Under the pieces are notes generated by a model that worked only from the letters and a program-made list of their open reading frames with translations, did no database searches and was not told the DNA's origin. A DNA stretch of 64,000 nt from an uncultured Acidobacteriota bacterium (GTDB taxonomy: Bacteria > Acidobacteriota > UBA6911 > RPQK01 > JAPXNP01): NCBI GenBank assembly GCA_963777605.1, contig CAVZRV010000011.1:192001-256000 (forward strand), given 5' to 3'. The position numbers and the translations under genes are program-made. This document shows positions 9,905-21,574 of this stretch, one piece after another. Within the stretch, counting starts at the first letter, position 1, and each line of letters opens with the position of its first letter.

Positions 9905-11315
9905 ATGAACCAATCGATGCGCGTGCGCGAAGTCCAATTCTTCGAGAGGCCCATCCGGCTTCGACTCCCATTCCGATTCGGAATCATCACGCTGACTGAG
10001 GAACCTCAGATCTTCGTCAGAACACTGGTTGAATTCGGAGACGGATCCCGGGTCTGGGGGCAAGCCGCAGAGGCACTGGCCCCCAAGTGGTTCGACAAAG
10101 ATCCCAGCCGTTCCAACGAGCAGAACTTCACTGATCTGCGCAGTTCCCTGACTACGGCGGCATCACATGTACCTCCTTTCGGGGACCCGGAGAACCGCCT
10201 ATTCTCTCTTCGCTGACAACTACGAGAATCAGTTGAGCGGAACCACCAAGCAGGGTCTCAATCACCTCGTTGGCAGTTTCGGGCAGGCGCTTCTGGATCG
10301 CTGCGTAATCGACGCCGTGTGCCGTTTTCATGAGGCTTCATTCGCAGAAGCCGTCCGTTCCAATCTCCTGGGCGTTTATTCCCTTGCCGTGACGCCGGAA
10401 CTGGCGAACTTTGACCTGAACGGCTTTCTCGCATCACTCAAGCCCCTGGACAGCATCTACGCACGCCACACCGTAGGCCTCGTCGATCCGATTACGGCAT
10501 TGGATCAGGAGCACCGAGTCAATGACGGCCTCCCGGAGACCCTGGAAGAAGTGATCGGGTTTTACGGGCATTCCTATTTCAAGATCAAGGTGCAGGGTGA
10601 TCTCGAACTCGACCTCGCTCGACTGGGGGCTATTACAGCGGTTCTCGACGGACTTCCTCAGCCTTACTTCGTTACCCTGGACGGCAACGAGCAATTCGAG
10701 GACGTGGATGAGATTCTCGAACTCTGGCGTCGCCTGCGGGAAGATCCCCGATTCCAGCGCTTCGTGAGTTCAATCCTCCTGATCGAACAGCCCATCAAGA
10801 GAAGCAGGGCAATGCAGGACGTCTCGCGCTTGAGCAGCCAGTGCCCGATAATCATCGACGAATCTGATTCCGACCTGGATGCGTTTGCGACCGCGCGCGT
10901 CTTCGGGTACTCGGGCGTATCGAGCAAACAGTGCAAGGGCGTGTACAGATCGATTCTGAACGCTGCCCGCTGCCGCGCGTGGTTGAGTTCGGAACCGTCC
11001 AGGCGATGGGTGATGACCGGAGAGGACCTGACCATCCAGGGAGGAGTCGCGCTGCAACAGGACCTCGCCCTGGCGGCGACGCTGGGATTGACGCACATCG
11101 AACGCAACGGGCATCACTACGTTCGGGGTATGAACGGGGCCTCCAGAAACGAGCAGAAAGCATTTCTCAAAGCCCATCCGGACCTCTATGTTTCGGAGGA
11201 GGACTGGGTCCGAGTGAAAATCGAAAAGGGCAGAATGCAACTCGGCTCTCTCAACTGCCACGGACTCGGGACCCGTGAAGAGCCAGACTGGGGTGCCATG
11301 GTCCGGCTCCGTTGA
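9905..11315 (+). CDS. Mandelate racemase/enolase-superfamily enzyme, split by a +1 frameshift near 10165
   Basis: N-part (frame of 9809 ORF): LRLPFRFG, APKWFDK. C-part (10167 ORF): FKIKV, TLDGNEQ, IEQP, IIDESD, SSKQCKG, ERNGHHY. Confidence 0.8.
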
Positions 11316-11454
11316 TCTGACGGGCGCCGGCTGCGGGCATCGAGATCCCTCGGCCGTCTTTATTCATGCGACGGCTATTGATTCCTCACTGGACAGGTGC
11401 TACAAATGCGCTAACTACTTACGTTCCAGCGAGAGCGAACACCGGGGAGGGTCA

Positions 11455-14400
11455 ATGAAACGGCCAACGTCCATCGCAGGTTTGTGGAGTCTGCTAATCA
11501 CCATCCTTTTTCTTTCCCCGATTGTATATCCGTCGTCGAAACTGATCTTTCCTCGCTTCTCTTTCGACAACGGAACCTACACAGGCCTGGCAATTGCGAA
11601 CCTGGGGACTCAATCGGCCCGGGTGACCCTGACCGCTTACGGAACCGACGGGTCCGTGATGTCGGGGACGGCATTCCAGAATCCGGTTGAAATCGACATC
11701 CCGGCCAACCAGCAACTTGCCAAGCTGATTTCAGAGATCTTTCAAGGCACACTGCCGGCAAGTTCCGTGGGATGGGTCGAACTGACCAGCCCGGCCGACT
11801 CGATCACCGGCTTCTTCCTTTTTCTGAACGGCCAACTCACTCAACTCGACGGGGCCGATCTCCCGGTTTCAGCGGGTGAAATCGTTTTCAACCTGATCAA
11901 GGTCGGTGACGGCTACCATACCGAACTGAACTTCATTAACCCGAGCCCCACGGAAATCAAAGTCGGTCTGTCTCTGGTCCAGCCGGAACAGGGAACGACC
12001 GCCAAGGAAATTACCCTTTCCGCACGAGCGGTCAGCCGAATCGATGCCGCTTCATTGTTCGGACTTACGACAGTCGACACCGGCACCTATCTGAAGGCTG
12101 CCGCCACATCCGGAAGCGTAGCGGGTTTCGAGTTCGTCCGCTCCGATTCCGGAGACCTGCTGGGTCTCAACGCAAAAGACGTCGAGGAAACGCTCGATTC
12201 GATCATTTTTCCTCAACTGGTCGCCTCCGGCCCCTGGAAGAGTGAACTGGGACTGATCAACTACACGGATTCACCGACACTCGTGACAATCACTGCGCAC
12301 CGGTCGGACGGGAGCCTGTTCGGATCGGACGTGCTCCAATCGAATCCCGTAACACGTGGACTGGAAGCCGGCGAAAGCGTCGTCCTGGACCTTCAGGAGA
12401 TCTTCGGCTTCTCGGGAACTTCGGCCATTGACGGGTGGCTGCAGGTCGAGGCAACCGATTCGGCCGTCAACGGTTATGTCAGCTACGGGATCCCCAGCGT
12501 CGGCTCGCTGGCCGCCATCGCCAGTGTCAAGGAAGCCTCCAAAGCAGCCGTTTTCTCCCACATGGCGACCGCGTCAGGCTTCTTCACCGGGGTTGCTCTT
12601 CTCAACCCGACGACGCTGCGGGCGAACACGAGAATCGTCGCGATGACGCCCGAGGGAGAGATCCTGGGAAGTTACGACACTGTCCTTCAACCCGGAGAGA
12701 GAGTGAGCAAACTCATCAACGAGTTGATCGGGGAAACCGCCAACAGGAGCAACGGGTTTGTCTGGATTCACAGTGACCTGCCTCTCTACAGCAGCTCATT
12801 GTTCGGTGCTGCCAAGGTACTGGCCAATGTTCCGGCCCAGGAGGCCCCGGGTGAATACAAGCCGGACACCAACCTGCCCACTCTCCTCGTGAAGCCGCCC
12901 ATCGCAGTCGTCCAGCCCGGCAGCACCCATACATTTTCGGTGCAGGGGGCACCGGGGACCGTAGCCTGGTCCGTGAATGGGTTGCCGGGAGGAGGAAGCG
13001 ACGTAGGGACGATCGATGGGTCCGGAAGTTATACCGCACCCTCGGACCGGCCGCAGCCGTCCTACATAACAGTAACTGCAGAATCGACCAATTTGCGGGG
13101 AGGTGCAACCGTCGACCTTCTCAAGGCGGACGAGCTCCTTTCCGGGCTGGGTGTCCTGCAATCCATCGTCTACCTTCACTCTCTGAAACAACTGTACGAG
13201 GTGGAGTTGAATTCGCTCTCCGCCCTCGATCGAGGCGCCGCTCCGGCGTCCGAGACCCAGGCGGACAGCCAGAGCGAACTGTTCCAGGTTGCTCCCCCTT
13301 CGGTCAAGACGTCTGTTCGGACCTTCTCCGACAACATAGTCAAGATGCTCTCTTACACGGCATCGGACGGGAAAGAGTATGTCCTGATGCTCGGGAAGGA
13401 CTCCGGCGACCTGGTCCGGCTCGAACCAGAAACCCGTCAAACCCGCATTGTCTACACGGGCCTCAATAGCCCGACTTCGATGGCACTCGACGAAACGACC
13501 GGCAACGTTCTCGTTGCCGAAGCCGACCGGATCACCGAGGTCGCCAAGTCGTTTCTCGAATCAGGCTTGATTTCCGCCTCCGCCCGGACCGGCCCGGGAC
13601 AGGGTGGAGTCGACAACTCGACAGTCCTGCCATCGGAAGGAGTGACGGGAATCGAGGTGGATCTTTGTACCGGCGAGATCTACTACTCGGTCGCGGACGA
13701 AGGGACCATTTACGCCTATAACCGGTTCACCGGGGAGACCACCGTTCTGGCTTCGGGGTTGTCCGACCCGGGGCAACTGCTGGTGGTCTACCGGGATGAT
13801 GTTCCCTGCCCCGACAGCAGCCAGTTGTTGGTGGCGGAACCGGGTGCCGACAGAATCTCACTGGTGGCACCCTCGCTCAATGCCCTGATTTCCTGGGTCT
13901 CTGCCCCGGGCGTCCGTGACCTCGTTTATCTCCCCCCGGACAACCCGTTCAACCTTAAGACGAGCATCGCGTATGGTCTCTACTTCGACCTGTCAGGTTC
14001 GATTGGAATCGTCGATGTCGGTGATCAGTACGGGGATCCTCCGCCGGTCGAAGAACAGCCCGCCTGTCCCGGTGAAGTCACATTTGACGATCCCAACCTG
14101 GAAGCAGGAGTGAGACAAGCCCTCGGCCTGCAGGCCGATGAGCCGATCACTTGCGAACTGGCGGCTTCTATGACGCAACTTCACGTTCCATCAAGGGAAA
14201 TTTCCCGACTCGATGGGATCCGCTTCCTCGAGAATCTCGAGGTCCTGGACATCAGCCGGAACCTGATTCGAAATCTCGCTCCAATCGGTGCGCTGGCAAA
14301 GCTCCAGACGTTGAATGCATCTTACAACCTGGTTGAATCTCCCGGTCTGTCAGCCAACCTGGTCGAACTTTCCGATCTGGACCTCTCGCACAACCTGATC

Positions 14401-17149
14401 ACTGATCTCGATACTCTCGTAAACCTCGAGGTGGGCACTGCCGGAGTGGGGTTCGGTCGTTCCGCCCGCTTCCAGGGAATCCTGCCCTCCCTCATTATTC
14501 TGGACCTCTCCTTCAACCAGATCTTCGATCTCGGGCCACTCTCCACCCTCCTCTCCCTGCAGGATCTGGACCTTTCGGCGAATTTCACCATCACCAACAT
14601 CAACGCCCTCTCGGGCCTCGTCAACCTGCACACACTCCGTCTATTTCAGAACTCCATTTCCGAGATCGATGCGGTTTCCCACCTGACTGCGCTGGTCCTT
14701 CTCGACCTCTCCTCGAACCAGGTCACCGAACTGCATCCGCTTCTGGAGAACCTGGGGCTCGGAGAGGGAGACGTATTGCTGCTTCAGTCCAACCCGGTCA
14801 GCCTCAGTTCCTGCGACGTCATAGCTGAACTCGAGCAGCGTGGAGTCACCATCGACATCAAGGGAATCTGTGCCGTTGATCTCGACTTGAGCTTCACGGC
14901 GCAGCCGAGTGTAGCGCGTCAGGAAGACCTGCTTCTGTACACGGCCCGCATCTGGAACAAGGGGACGGAAGCGGCTCAGGGAGTTACGCTGGACATCGAT
15001 TACCCAACGGCTACCACCTTTCGTTCGGTCCGTGCTGACCGGGGAACCTGCCAGCGGGAACTCAGCCATATCACCTGTACCTGGGATTCGCTGGGTCCGG
15101 GTAGCATCATCTTCACCAACCTCCGTGTCGAAGTTCAGTCCCGAAGCGGCATTCTGGAGTCGAAAGCCTATACCGAAGCAGTCCAGGCCGAGTTGAACAT
15201 GGACAATAACGAAGCGCTGGTGACGACGCCAATTGCCGAAGCCGATCTCCAGGTTACCAAGACCATCTCTGAGGACCCGGTCACCGCAGGAAGTTACGTT
15301 ACTTATACTGTGGAGGTTCAAAACCTGGGACCTGAGCGTGCAACGGACGTCACCCTCACCGACAAGCTGCCGTCCGATTTCGGCTATGAGACCTTCTCGA
15401 CCACTTCGGGAAATTGCTCCTACGAAGAGGGAGTGGGATCCATCGTCTGTGCGATTCCGGACATTGCGGCGAATTCGACCGTCACTCTGAGTATCGAGGG
15501 AACCGTCTATGCCACTTCGGGGACCATCACCAACAGCGCATCGGTGAACTTGCGGGAGTTCGATCCCGATCCTCTCAACAATCGGGCGCACTCTACCGTC
15601 CAGGTGACGGCACCTGATCTCGTCGTCACCAAGACCGATTCCGTCGATCCGGTCACCACCGGCGGGGACCTGACCTACACCGTAATCGTGACCAACGCCG
15701 GTAATGTTGCCGCAACCAACCTGGTGATCTCCGATAATCTTCCCGCCGGGGTCAATTTTGTTTCCGCATCACTGCCTGGCGGGACGTGCACGCCATTGAA
15801 CCTCCAACTCGAGTGCACGCCTTCCCTCTCTCGCTCCGGGAGCCAACGCCGTACTGACGATCAACACGCTGGTCGTCGCAACCGCGGGGACTCTGACCAA
15901 CACGGTGACGGCTAACGAGGATGAGATCGATGGCAACAGTTCCGACAATACGGCCACCCAGAACACAACCGTCGCGCAGACCGACCTGGCCGTGACCAAG
16001 ACCGCGAGCCTGGAACCGGCTATCACCGGCGCCGACCTCGATTACCAGATCCAGGTCACGAACAACGGACCTCACGCCGCAACGGGTGTGGTGCTGTCCG
16101 ACCAGTTGCCGGCCGGAGTCACCTACCAGGGCGCATCGATCGGCTCCTGCTCCGAGATCAGTGGATTCGTTCAATGCGCGATCGGCAGCCTGGCCTCGGG
16201 TCAGTCTGGATCAGTAACACTTACGGTCCGAGTCAACACTCTACAGCCAACCATCACGAACACCGCGTCGGTAACCGGAGACCAGTCTGATCCAGTCACC
16301 GGAAACAATGCGGCCTCAGTCAACTCGACTGTTACCCAGGTTGCAAATCTGGCGATATCGAAGACCGGGACGCTGAGTATCGTCAGGACGAGTGACGATC
16401 TCGATTTCAGCATCGCGATTACCAACAACGGGCCGAGTGATGCAACCGGCGTTGTCATGAGTGACACGCTCTCGTCCGACCTGATCTATGACGACGTGAA
16501 TTTTCCCGCGACGGTCTCCCCGGTCGGAACCGGAACGTGCGGGTATGATGGGCAACTGGGAGAGATTCAGTGTGCTTTCCCATCAATCCCGAGCGGAGCG
16601 ACTCGAACCGTGACGATTCCCGTCCACGTAAATCCCGAGCCTAGCGGAGCGCTGACGATCCCGAACACTGCGACCGTCGCAGGAAACGAGACCGATCCCG
16701 ATGCGTCTGACAATTCCTCCAGCTTTCCGCTGACAATGGCACAGGCGGATCTTGGAATCTCTTTCTCCAGTTTTCCGGATCCCGGCGTCCCAGTACCGGC
16801 GGATGTCGAATTCAATTATGTTCTCGACGTTCAGAACAATGGACCTCACGCTGCACAACTTCCAAGGTTCTACATCGGCCTCTCCCCGGTCGCGACGGGT
16901 TACTACACGATTGGGACTCCCGCCGTCGTGCCAGGCTTGATTCAGGGCTCATGCACACCGAACATATCGTGGGCCACGTGTGATCTGGATGAAATCCCGT
17001 CCGGGGCATCAGTACAGATCACAGTGCCTGTCACAGTTCATGTTGGCCCTGTCACCGTGGACGCATCCGCGAGCATCAATTCGCGGGAGTTTGACCTCAA
17101 TTCAGATAATGACTCCGACGCCGTTCAGACCTCAGTCACTATTAACTGA
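11455..17149 (+). CDS. Large secreted multidomain protein (tandem beta-sandwich repeats, propeller-like region, internalin-like LRR, six DUF11 repeats); +1 frameshift near 15820
   Basis: GGAGG RBS and ATG 11455, signal peptide. LRR cap VTFDDPNLEAGVRQALG and LxxLxLxxNxI repeats; DL.VTK...DPV..G..LTYTV.V.N.G repeats. Removing one C at 15820-21 joins the 11275 and 15905 ORFs (ECTLPSLAPGANAVLTINT). Confidence 0.85.
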
Positions 17150-17188
17150 GCTCCGATCGGGCCGAGGTTCAGCAAAAAGATCCAACCG

Positions 17189-17217
17189 GCGCCGGGTCTG
17201 ACTCCAGGACCCGGCGC
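17189..17217 (+). terminator. GC-rich stem-loop after the large secreted protein gene
   Basis: GCGCCGGGTC-N9-GACCCGGCGC inverted repeat; no strong U tract. Confidence 0.4.
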
Positions 17218-17285
17218 ACCACTCCTCAAACCGCTCGTTCGATTTTCTAGTGACACCGCCGGAAAAATTCGGGTACAATTCCAAA

Positions 17286-17302
17286 TTGAAAATGATTTTC
17301 AA
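17286..17302. promoter_or_regulatory. Fur-box-like operator upstream of feoB
   Basis: Perfect 8-1-8 palindrome TTGAAAAT-G-ATTTTCAA in an AT-rich patch about 85 nt before feoB. Confidence 0.8.
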
Positions 17303-17387
17303 CATCACGCAGATCGGGATTGAATGCTGATGGAAGCAACCTCGAAGACGGCCCTCTTTGAACGCGACTCCGAACTTGTTGTATTGC

Positions 17388-19342
17388 ATGATCGCAATAC
17401 CTTCGCGCCCATCGCGAGTTGCACTGGTCGGGCAACCCAACGTAGGGAAGTCGGTCGTCTTTTCTCACCTTACGTCTCGTTACGTGACGATTTCCAACTT
17501 TCCCGGAACCACAGTCGAGATATTTCGGGGCCGGGCGCGGTTCGAGGATCGGGAACTCGAGGTCCTGGACACGCCCGGAATCAACGGCACTCACGCTTCG
17601 TCCGAAGATGAACGGGTCACGGTGGCCGTCCTGGAAGAGGAGCGACCGGACGTTGTCGTGCAGGTTGCCGACGCCAAGAACCTTCGTCGAACGCTGCTGC
17701 TGACTGCCCAACTCAGCCGCTTCAAGATTCCCATGGTCCTCGTGCTGAACATGATGGACGAGTGCCACGAAAAGGGGATCCGGGTGGACTCCCACGCGCT
17801 TTCCAGAGTACTGGGAATCCCGGTCGTGGAAACGGTGGCGACATCGGAGAAGGGGTTGGCGGAGCTCCGAAAAAGCCTGTTGGAACCGGGCATCTGTGTG
17901 GAACCAAAGCTGAAGCCGACAACCGTGGGTGAACCAGGTTCTCGAACAGGTCCGGTTTTCTGAACCCCAGACCGGGGGACTCACGCTCAGCCGGACACGG
18001 GCATTCACCATCGCGGCACTGGCCGGGACAGCTGTCCATCTTTGGAATTACGTGGGCGCAGCTTTTGGACTCCCGACCCTGGCGGGCGCGATTGACACGG
18101 CCGGCTCCCTGCTTGGCCTGGGAGAGCTGTCGATCGCAACACTGTCGGTGTTGCTCGCATACCTGGCACCTGTCCTGGTACCGGTCCTTACCGCAATTAG
18201 AACTGATGCCGCTCTTCAATGAGCGGTTTGGAGTGTGGGCCCGAAAATTCGGAGCGGGTTCGCTGATCCTGGTCACCACGGTCTCCCTGACCTACCAGCT
18301 CGTCGGCAATCTGGGCGCCCAGGTGCTGGTCGCCATCCTCGAGAACGGCCTTTTTGGAACCTACATCACACCCGCTTTGCAGGGGGTGATTCCGGCAGGA
18401 TTCTTCCACGATCTTCTCGTCGGAGAATTCGGCATCATCTCGATGGGGCTGGCTTACGGCCTCGCCATCGTACTTCCGGTCGTTTCGACTTTCTTCATTG
18501 CCTTTAGCTTTCTCGAGGACAGCGGCTATCTGCCGCGCCTGTCCATTCTCTCGGACCGCCTGCTGCGGGCCATGGGCCTGCACGGCAAAGCGTTCCTCCC
18601 CATGGTGCTGGGCCTGGGTTGTGTCACCATGGCCACGATGACGACGCGAATCCTGAGCTCCAAGAAGGAGCGCTTTATCGCCACCATGCTGTTGGCTCTG
18701 GGAGTCCCCTGCTCCGCTCAGCTCGGTGTCATCCTCGGTATCGCTGCCGGGCTTTCATTTGGCGCAACCGCACTGATCTTCTCCACGGTTTTCCTTCAGC
18801 TCGTCATCGTTGGCTTCATCCTCTCGAAGATCTACCCGGGGCAACGGAGCAGCTTCATCCTCGAACTGCCTCCGATTCGGTTTCCGGTCTGGCGGAACAT
18901 CCTGCGCAAGACAGGAATTCGCGTGGCCTGGTTCGTCCGGGAAGCGGTTCCGCTTTTCGTACTGGGGACGTTTTTTCTTTTTGTCCTCGACAAGTTTGAA
19001 TTACTCGATCGGATCATAGGATTCGCAAAACCGGTCGTATCCGGCCTTCTGGGCTTGCCCCAACAGACCGCATCCGTGTTTCTTATGGGCTTTCTGAGAA
19101 GGGATTACGGGGCGGCAGGGCTGTTCGAGATGGCCAGGGACGGCGCCCTCGACACGACTCAGATCGTCGTGGGCCTGGTGGTTCTGACTCTCTTCGTTCC
19201 TTGTGTGGCCAACTCCTTCGTCATGATCAAGGAACAGGGACTGCGCAATGCCCTCCTTATGGTAGGATTCATCCTGTCTTACGCAGTGGCTGTGGGAACG
19301 GTGCTGAACTGGCTGATGCACGCGCTACCTGCGGTAGTTTGA
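17388..19342 (+). CDS. feoB: Ferrous iron transporter FeoB, split by two +1 frameshifts (near 17915 and 18210)
   Basis: G1 GQPNVGKS, NFPGTTVE, DTPG, NMMDE; membrane part LEDSGYLPR, GLGCVTMA, VPCSAQ, FILELPP, LFVPCVA spread over ORFs 17358, 17929 and 18065. Confidence 0.9.
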
Positions 19343-19366
19343 ATCCCGTGCGAGTTCGAGGGTAGT

Positions 19367-19645
19367 TTGCATAACGCTCCGGTTCCGCTTACCGAACTGA
19401 CTACATTCGAAGAGGGTCTGATTGTCGAAGTCAATGGTCCCGAAGCGGATCAACTCGCCGGTTACGGCCTATACCCCGGCATGACGGTACGGGTCCATCA
19501 AACGTTTCCAAGCTTTGTGATAAAGGCCGAGGAAACCGAAGTAGCTCTTGAGACACAGGTCGCACGCCTCATTCGTGTGATTCGAACCAATGCACCGGGG
19601 CAGGAGCACCTTACTGCCGGCAGCGGCAAGAATACTTCTGGCTAA
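19367..19645 (+). CDS. feoA: FeoA family SH3-like protein
   Basis: PLTEL...G.I..V, L..YGLYPG..V.V, VAL...VA..I.V; directly downstream of feoB. Confidence 0.8.
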   Translation: MHNAPVPLTELTTFEEGLIVEVNGPEADQLAGYGLYPGMTVRVHQTFPSFVIKAEETEVALETQVARLIRVIRTNAPGQEHLTAGSGKNTSG

Positions 19646-19813
19646 CCTGAAACTTCAATCTTGGATGAACTGGAAATCCTGGATGATTTGGACGCGTCTG
19701 GACGGAGATTCGGGCGATCGGTGGAGAGCAAGGACGCGATTATCGGCTGGATCCTGGTTCCTGGTCAGGTGCCAGCCGTGGATGAGTGATGAGCAAAGGA
19801 TCGGCGCCGGGCT

Positions 19814-20005
19814 GGCCCCTGAAGGGGGCCTGTTTCCAGCCCAGGCATTTGCCTGGGTTCACGGCCCACCCATCAAGAATCCAGCCCTGAATGGGCTGAA
19901 CACCTCTTCGGACGAAGTGAATCCGGGGCGCGACCTTACAGGCCGCAATCGAACTGCAGGAATACAGTCCCAGGGCAAGCCCGGCTGAAACCAAGGCGCC
20001 CGGGC
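19814..20005. repeat. Cluster of REP-like palindromes (CCCTGAA.GGG type)
   Basis: GGCCCCTGAAGGGGGCC (19814-30), AGCCCAGGCATTTGCCTGGGTT (19838-59), AGCCCTGAATGGGCT (19883-97), then degenerate copies, all intergenic. Confidence 0.6.
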
Positions 20006-20121
20006 AGTTTCACTTACTGAATGATTCGCGCCAGCCGCGGAGGCGGAGCCAGCCGGAAACTCGGCGTGGATGAATTGGGCGTTGGAGATCAGTTCCGTCG
20101 CGAAGTCAGAGTAGATCGATC

Positions 20122-21411
20122 GTGGAATCAGACAGTCAGTTTCCCAGGAAAATCTTCATCTTTGTGGTCGGCACGGTCTGTTTAGGCCTTGGGCTCAGTG
20201 CCCTCCTTACCTACTCTACTCTGGGGAGCCTGAAACAGGAATTCCTGGAAAATCGAGGACGGGACATCGTCTCGCTGGTCGAACGCCAGGTGCGGGGCCC
20301 GGGACGTCGATTCAACCGCGACGTCTGGCAACAGACCCTTGACGAAACACTCCAGTCCGACCAGGCTTCCATCGTGTTCCTCGTCTTGAAGGATTCCCAG
20401 GGGCGCATCGTCGCCTCCGCAGGAGAGGCACCCGGTGATTCCGAAGCATCCGGCGCGATCGTCGTGTTCAGCGGCACGTTGACGACCCCGAGAGGCCCCC
20501 GCTGGGAATCCGATCAGGGCGGTCCAGGCCAGGGACAGCGCCAAGCCCAGGGGCAGAGCCAGGGGACAGCCCAGGGGGCCCCGGCCCAGCTTGATGTCGG
20601 TCTCCGGCCCGGCGGCACCGAATTCATCACCCGGCAAGCCTATGTTCAGTTGGCGGTAGCTGGTGCGGCGATTCTGGTGCTGGCGGGGCTTGCATCCTAC
20701 TTGTTGAGAACAGTCGATCGCTACCTCGCACTTCGAACGGTTGAAGCTTCGCAGAGGCAACTGGCTCAGCTTGGCCAGATGGCCGCCACGCTCGCTCACG
20801 AAATCCGCAATCCTTTGGGGGCGATGAAAGGGCTGACTCAGCTTGTTCAGGAGGGACTCGATGATCAGGATCAGAATCGTGAACTGACCCAGACGGTCGT
20901 TTCCGAAGCGGAGCGCCTCGAGACACTGGTCAACGACCTGCTCACCTTTGCCAGGCCCAGGCCCCTCGAATCCACGATCGTTGACCTGAGCGCCATGGTC
21001 TCCGACGTCTGCCGATTCCTCTCCGTTCGGGCCCGGGAATCCGACGTCAGTCTGAAGCAGGAAAACCGCGGCACGCGATTCAACGTTTCGGCGGACTCGG
21101 ACGGGATCCGCCAGGTGCTCCTCAACGTGATCGACAACGCAATCGCCGCGGCGCCGTCCGGAACGCCGGTCGAAGTGGTGCTTTCCGACCACCCGGGAGA
21201 GGTGCGGCTGGAAGTTCTCGATCAGGGACCCGGACTCGGATCGATCACCCCCGAAGAGCTTTTCCAGCCTTTTAGAACCACAAAGACCAAGGGAAGCGGT
21301 CTCGGGCTGGCGATATCCCGCCAGATAGTCGAGGCCATCGGGGGGAAGATTGTTCTGGCTAACCGGCCTGATGGCGGAGCAGTGTGCAGGGTGTCCCTGC
21401 CTAGAATCTGA
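20122..21411 (+). CDS. Membrane sensor histidine kinase (ZraS/HydH-like architecture)
   Basis: Two TM helices around a periplasmic domain; LAHEIRNPL H-box, LNVIDNA, DQGPG, GSGLGL. Confidence 0.93.
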   Translation: MESDSQFPRKIFIFVVGTVCLGLGLSALLTYSTLGSLKQEFLENRGRDIVSLVERQVRGPGRRFNRDVWQQTLDETLQSDQASIVFLVLKDSQGRIVASAGEAPGDSEASGAIVVFSGTLTTPRGPRWESDQGGPGQGQRQAQGQSQGTAQGAPAQLDVGLRPGGTEFITRQAYVQLAVAGAAILVLAGLASYLLRTVDRYLALRTVEASQRQLAQLGQMAATLAHEIRNPLGAMKGLTQLVQEGLDDQDQNRELTQTVVSEAERLETLVNDLLTFARPRPLESTIVDLSAMVSDVCRFLSVRARESDVSLKQENRGTRFNVSADSDGIRQVLLNVIDNAIAAAPSGTPVEVVLSDHPGEVRLEVLDQGPGLGSITPEELFQPFRTTKTKGSGLGLAISRQIVEAIGGKIVLANRPDGGAVCRVSLPRI

Positions 21412-21574
21412 CCTTCGCTCATCCCAACAACCCGGGCCTTATCTTCGTCGGGCCTCCCTCCCATTCCCGATCTTCCCACACGTGACCGGTTATTCCGCTT
21501 CCTTTCCATATCTTCTTTTCCCAAACCCGTGATCGCCCCTGCCAACCCCGGCCGTCGGGGTTAGAATAAGTCCA

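Noticed and set aside
11275-11454. N-terminal extension of the large secreted protein in the ORF track
   Set aside because: It overlaps the upstream gene; the RBS and signal peptide point to ATG 11455.
17900-18230. Programmed ribosomal frameshifting in feoB and the other split genes
   Set aside because: No slippery heptamers or shared signal; uniform +1 single-base events fit sequencing error better.
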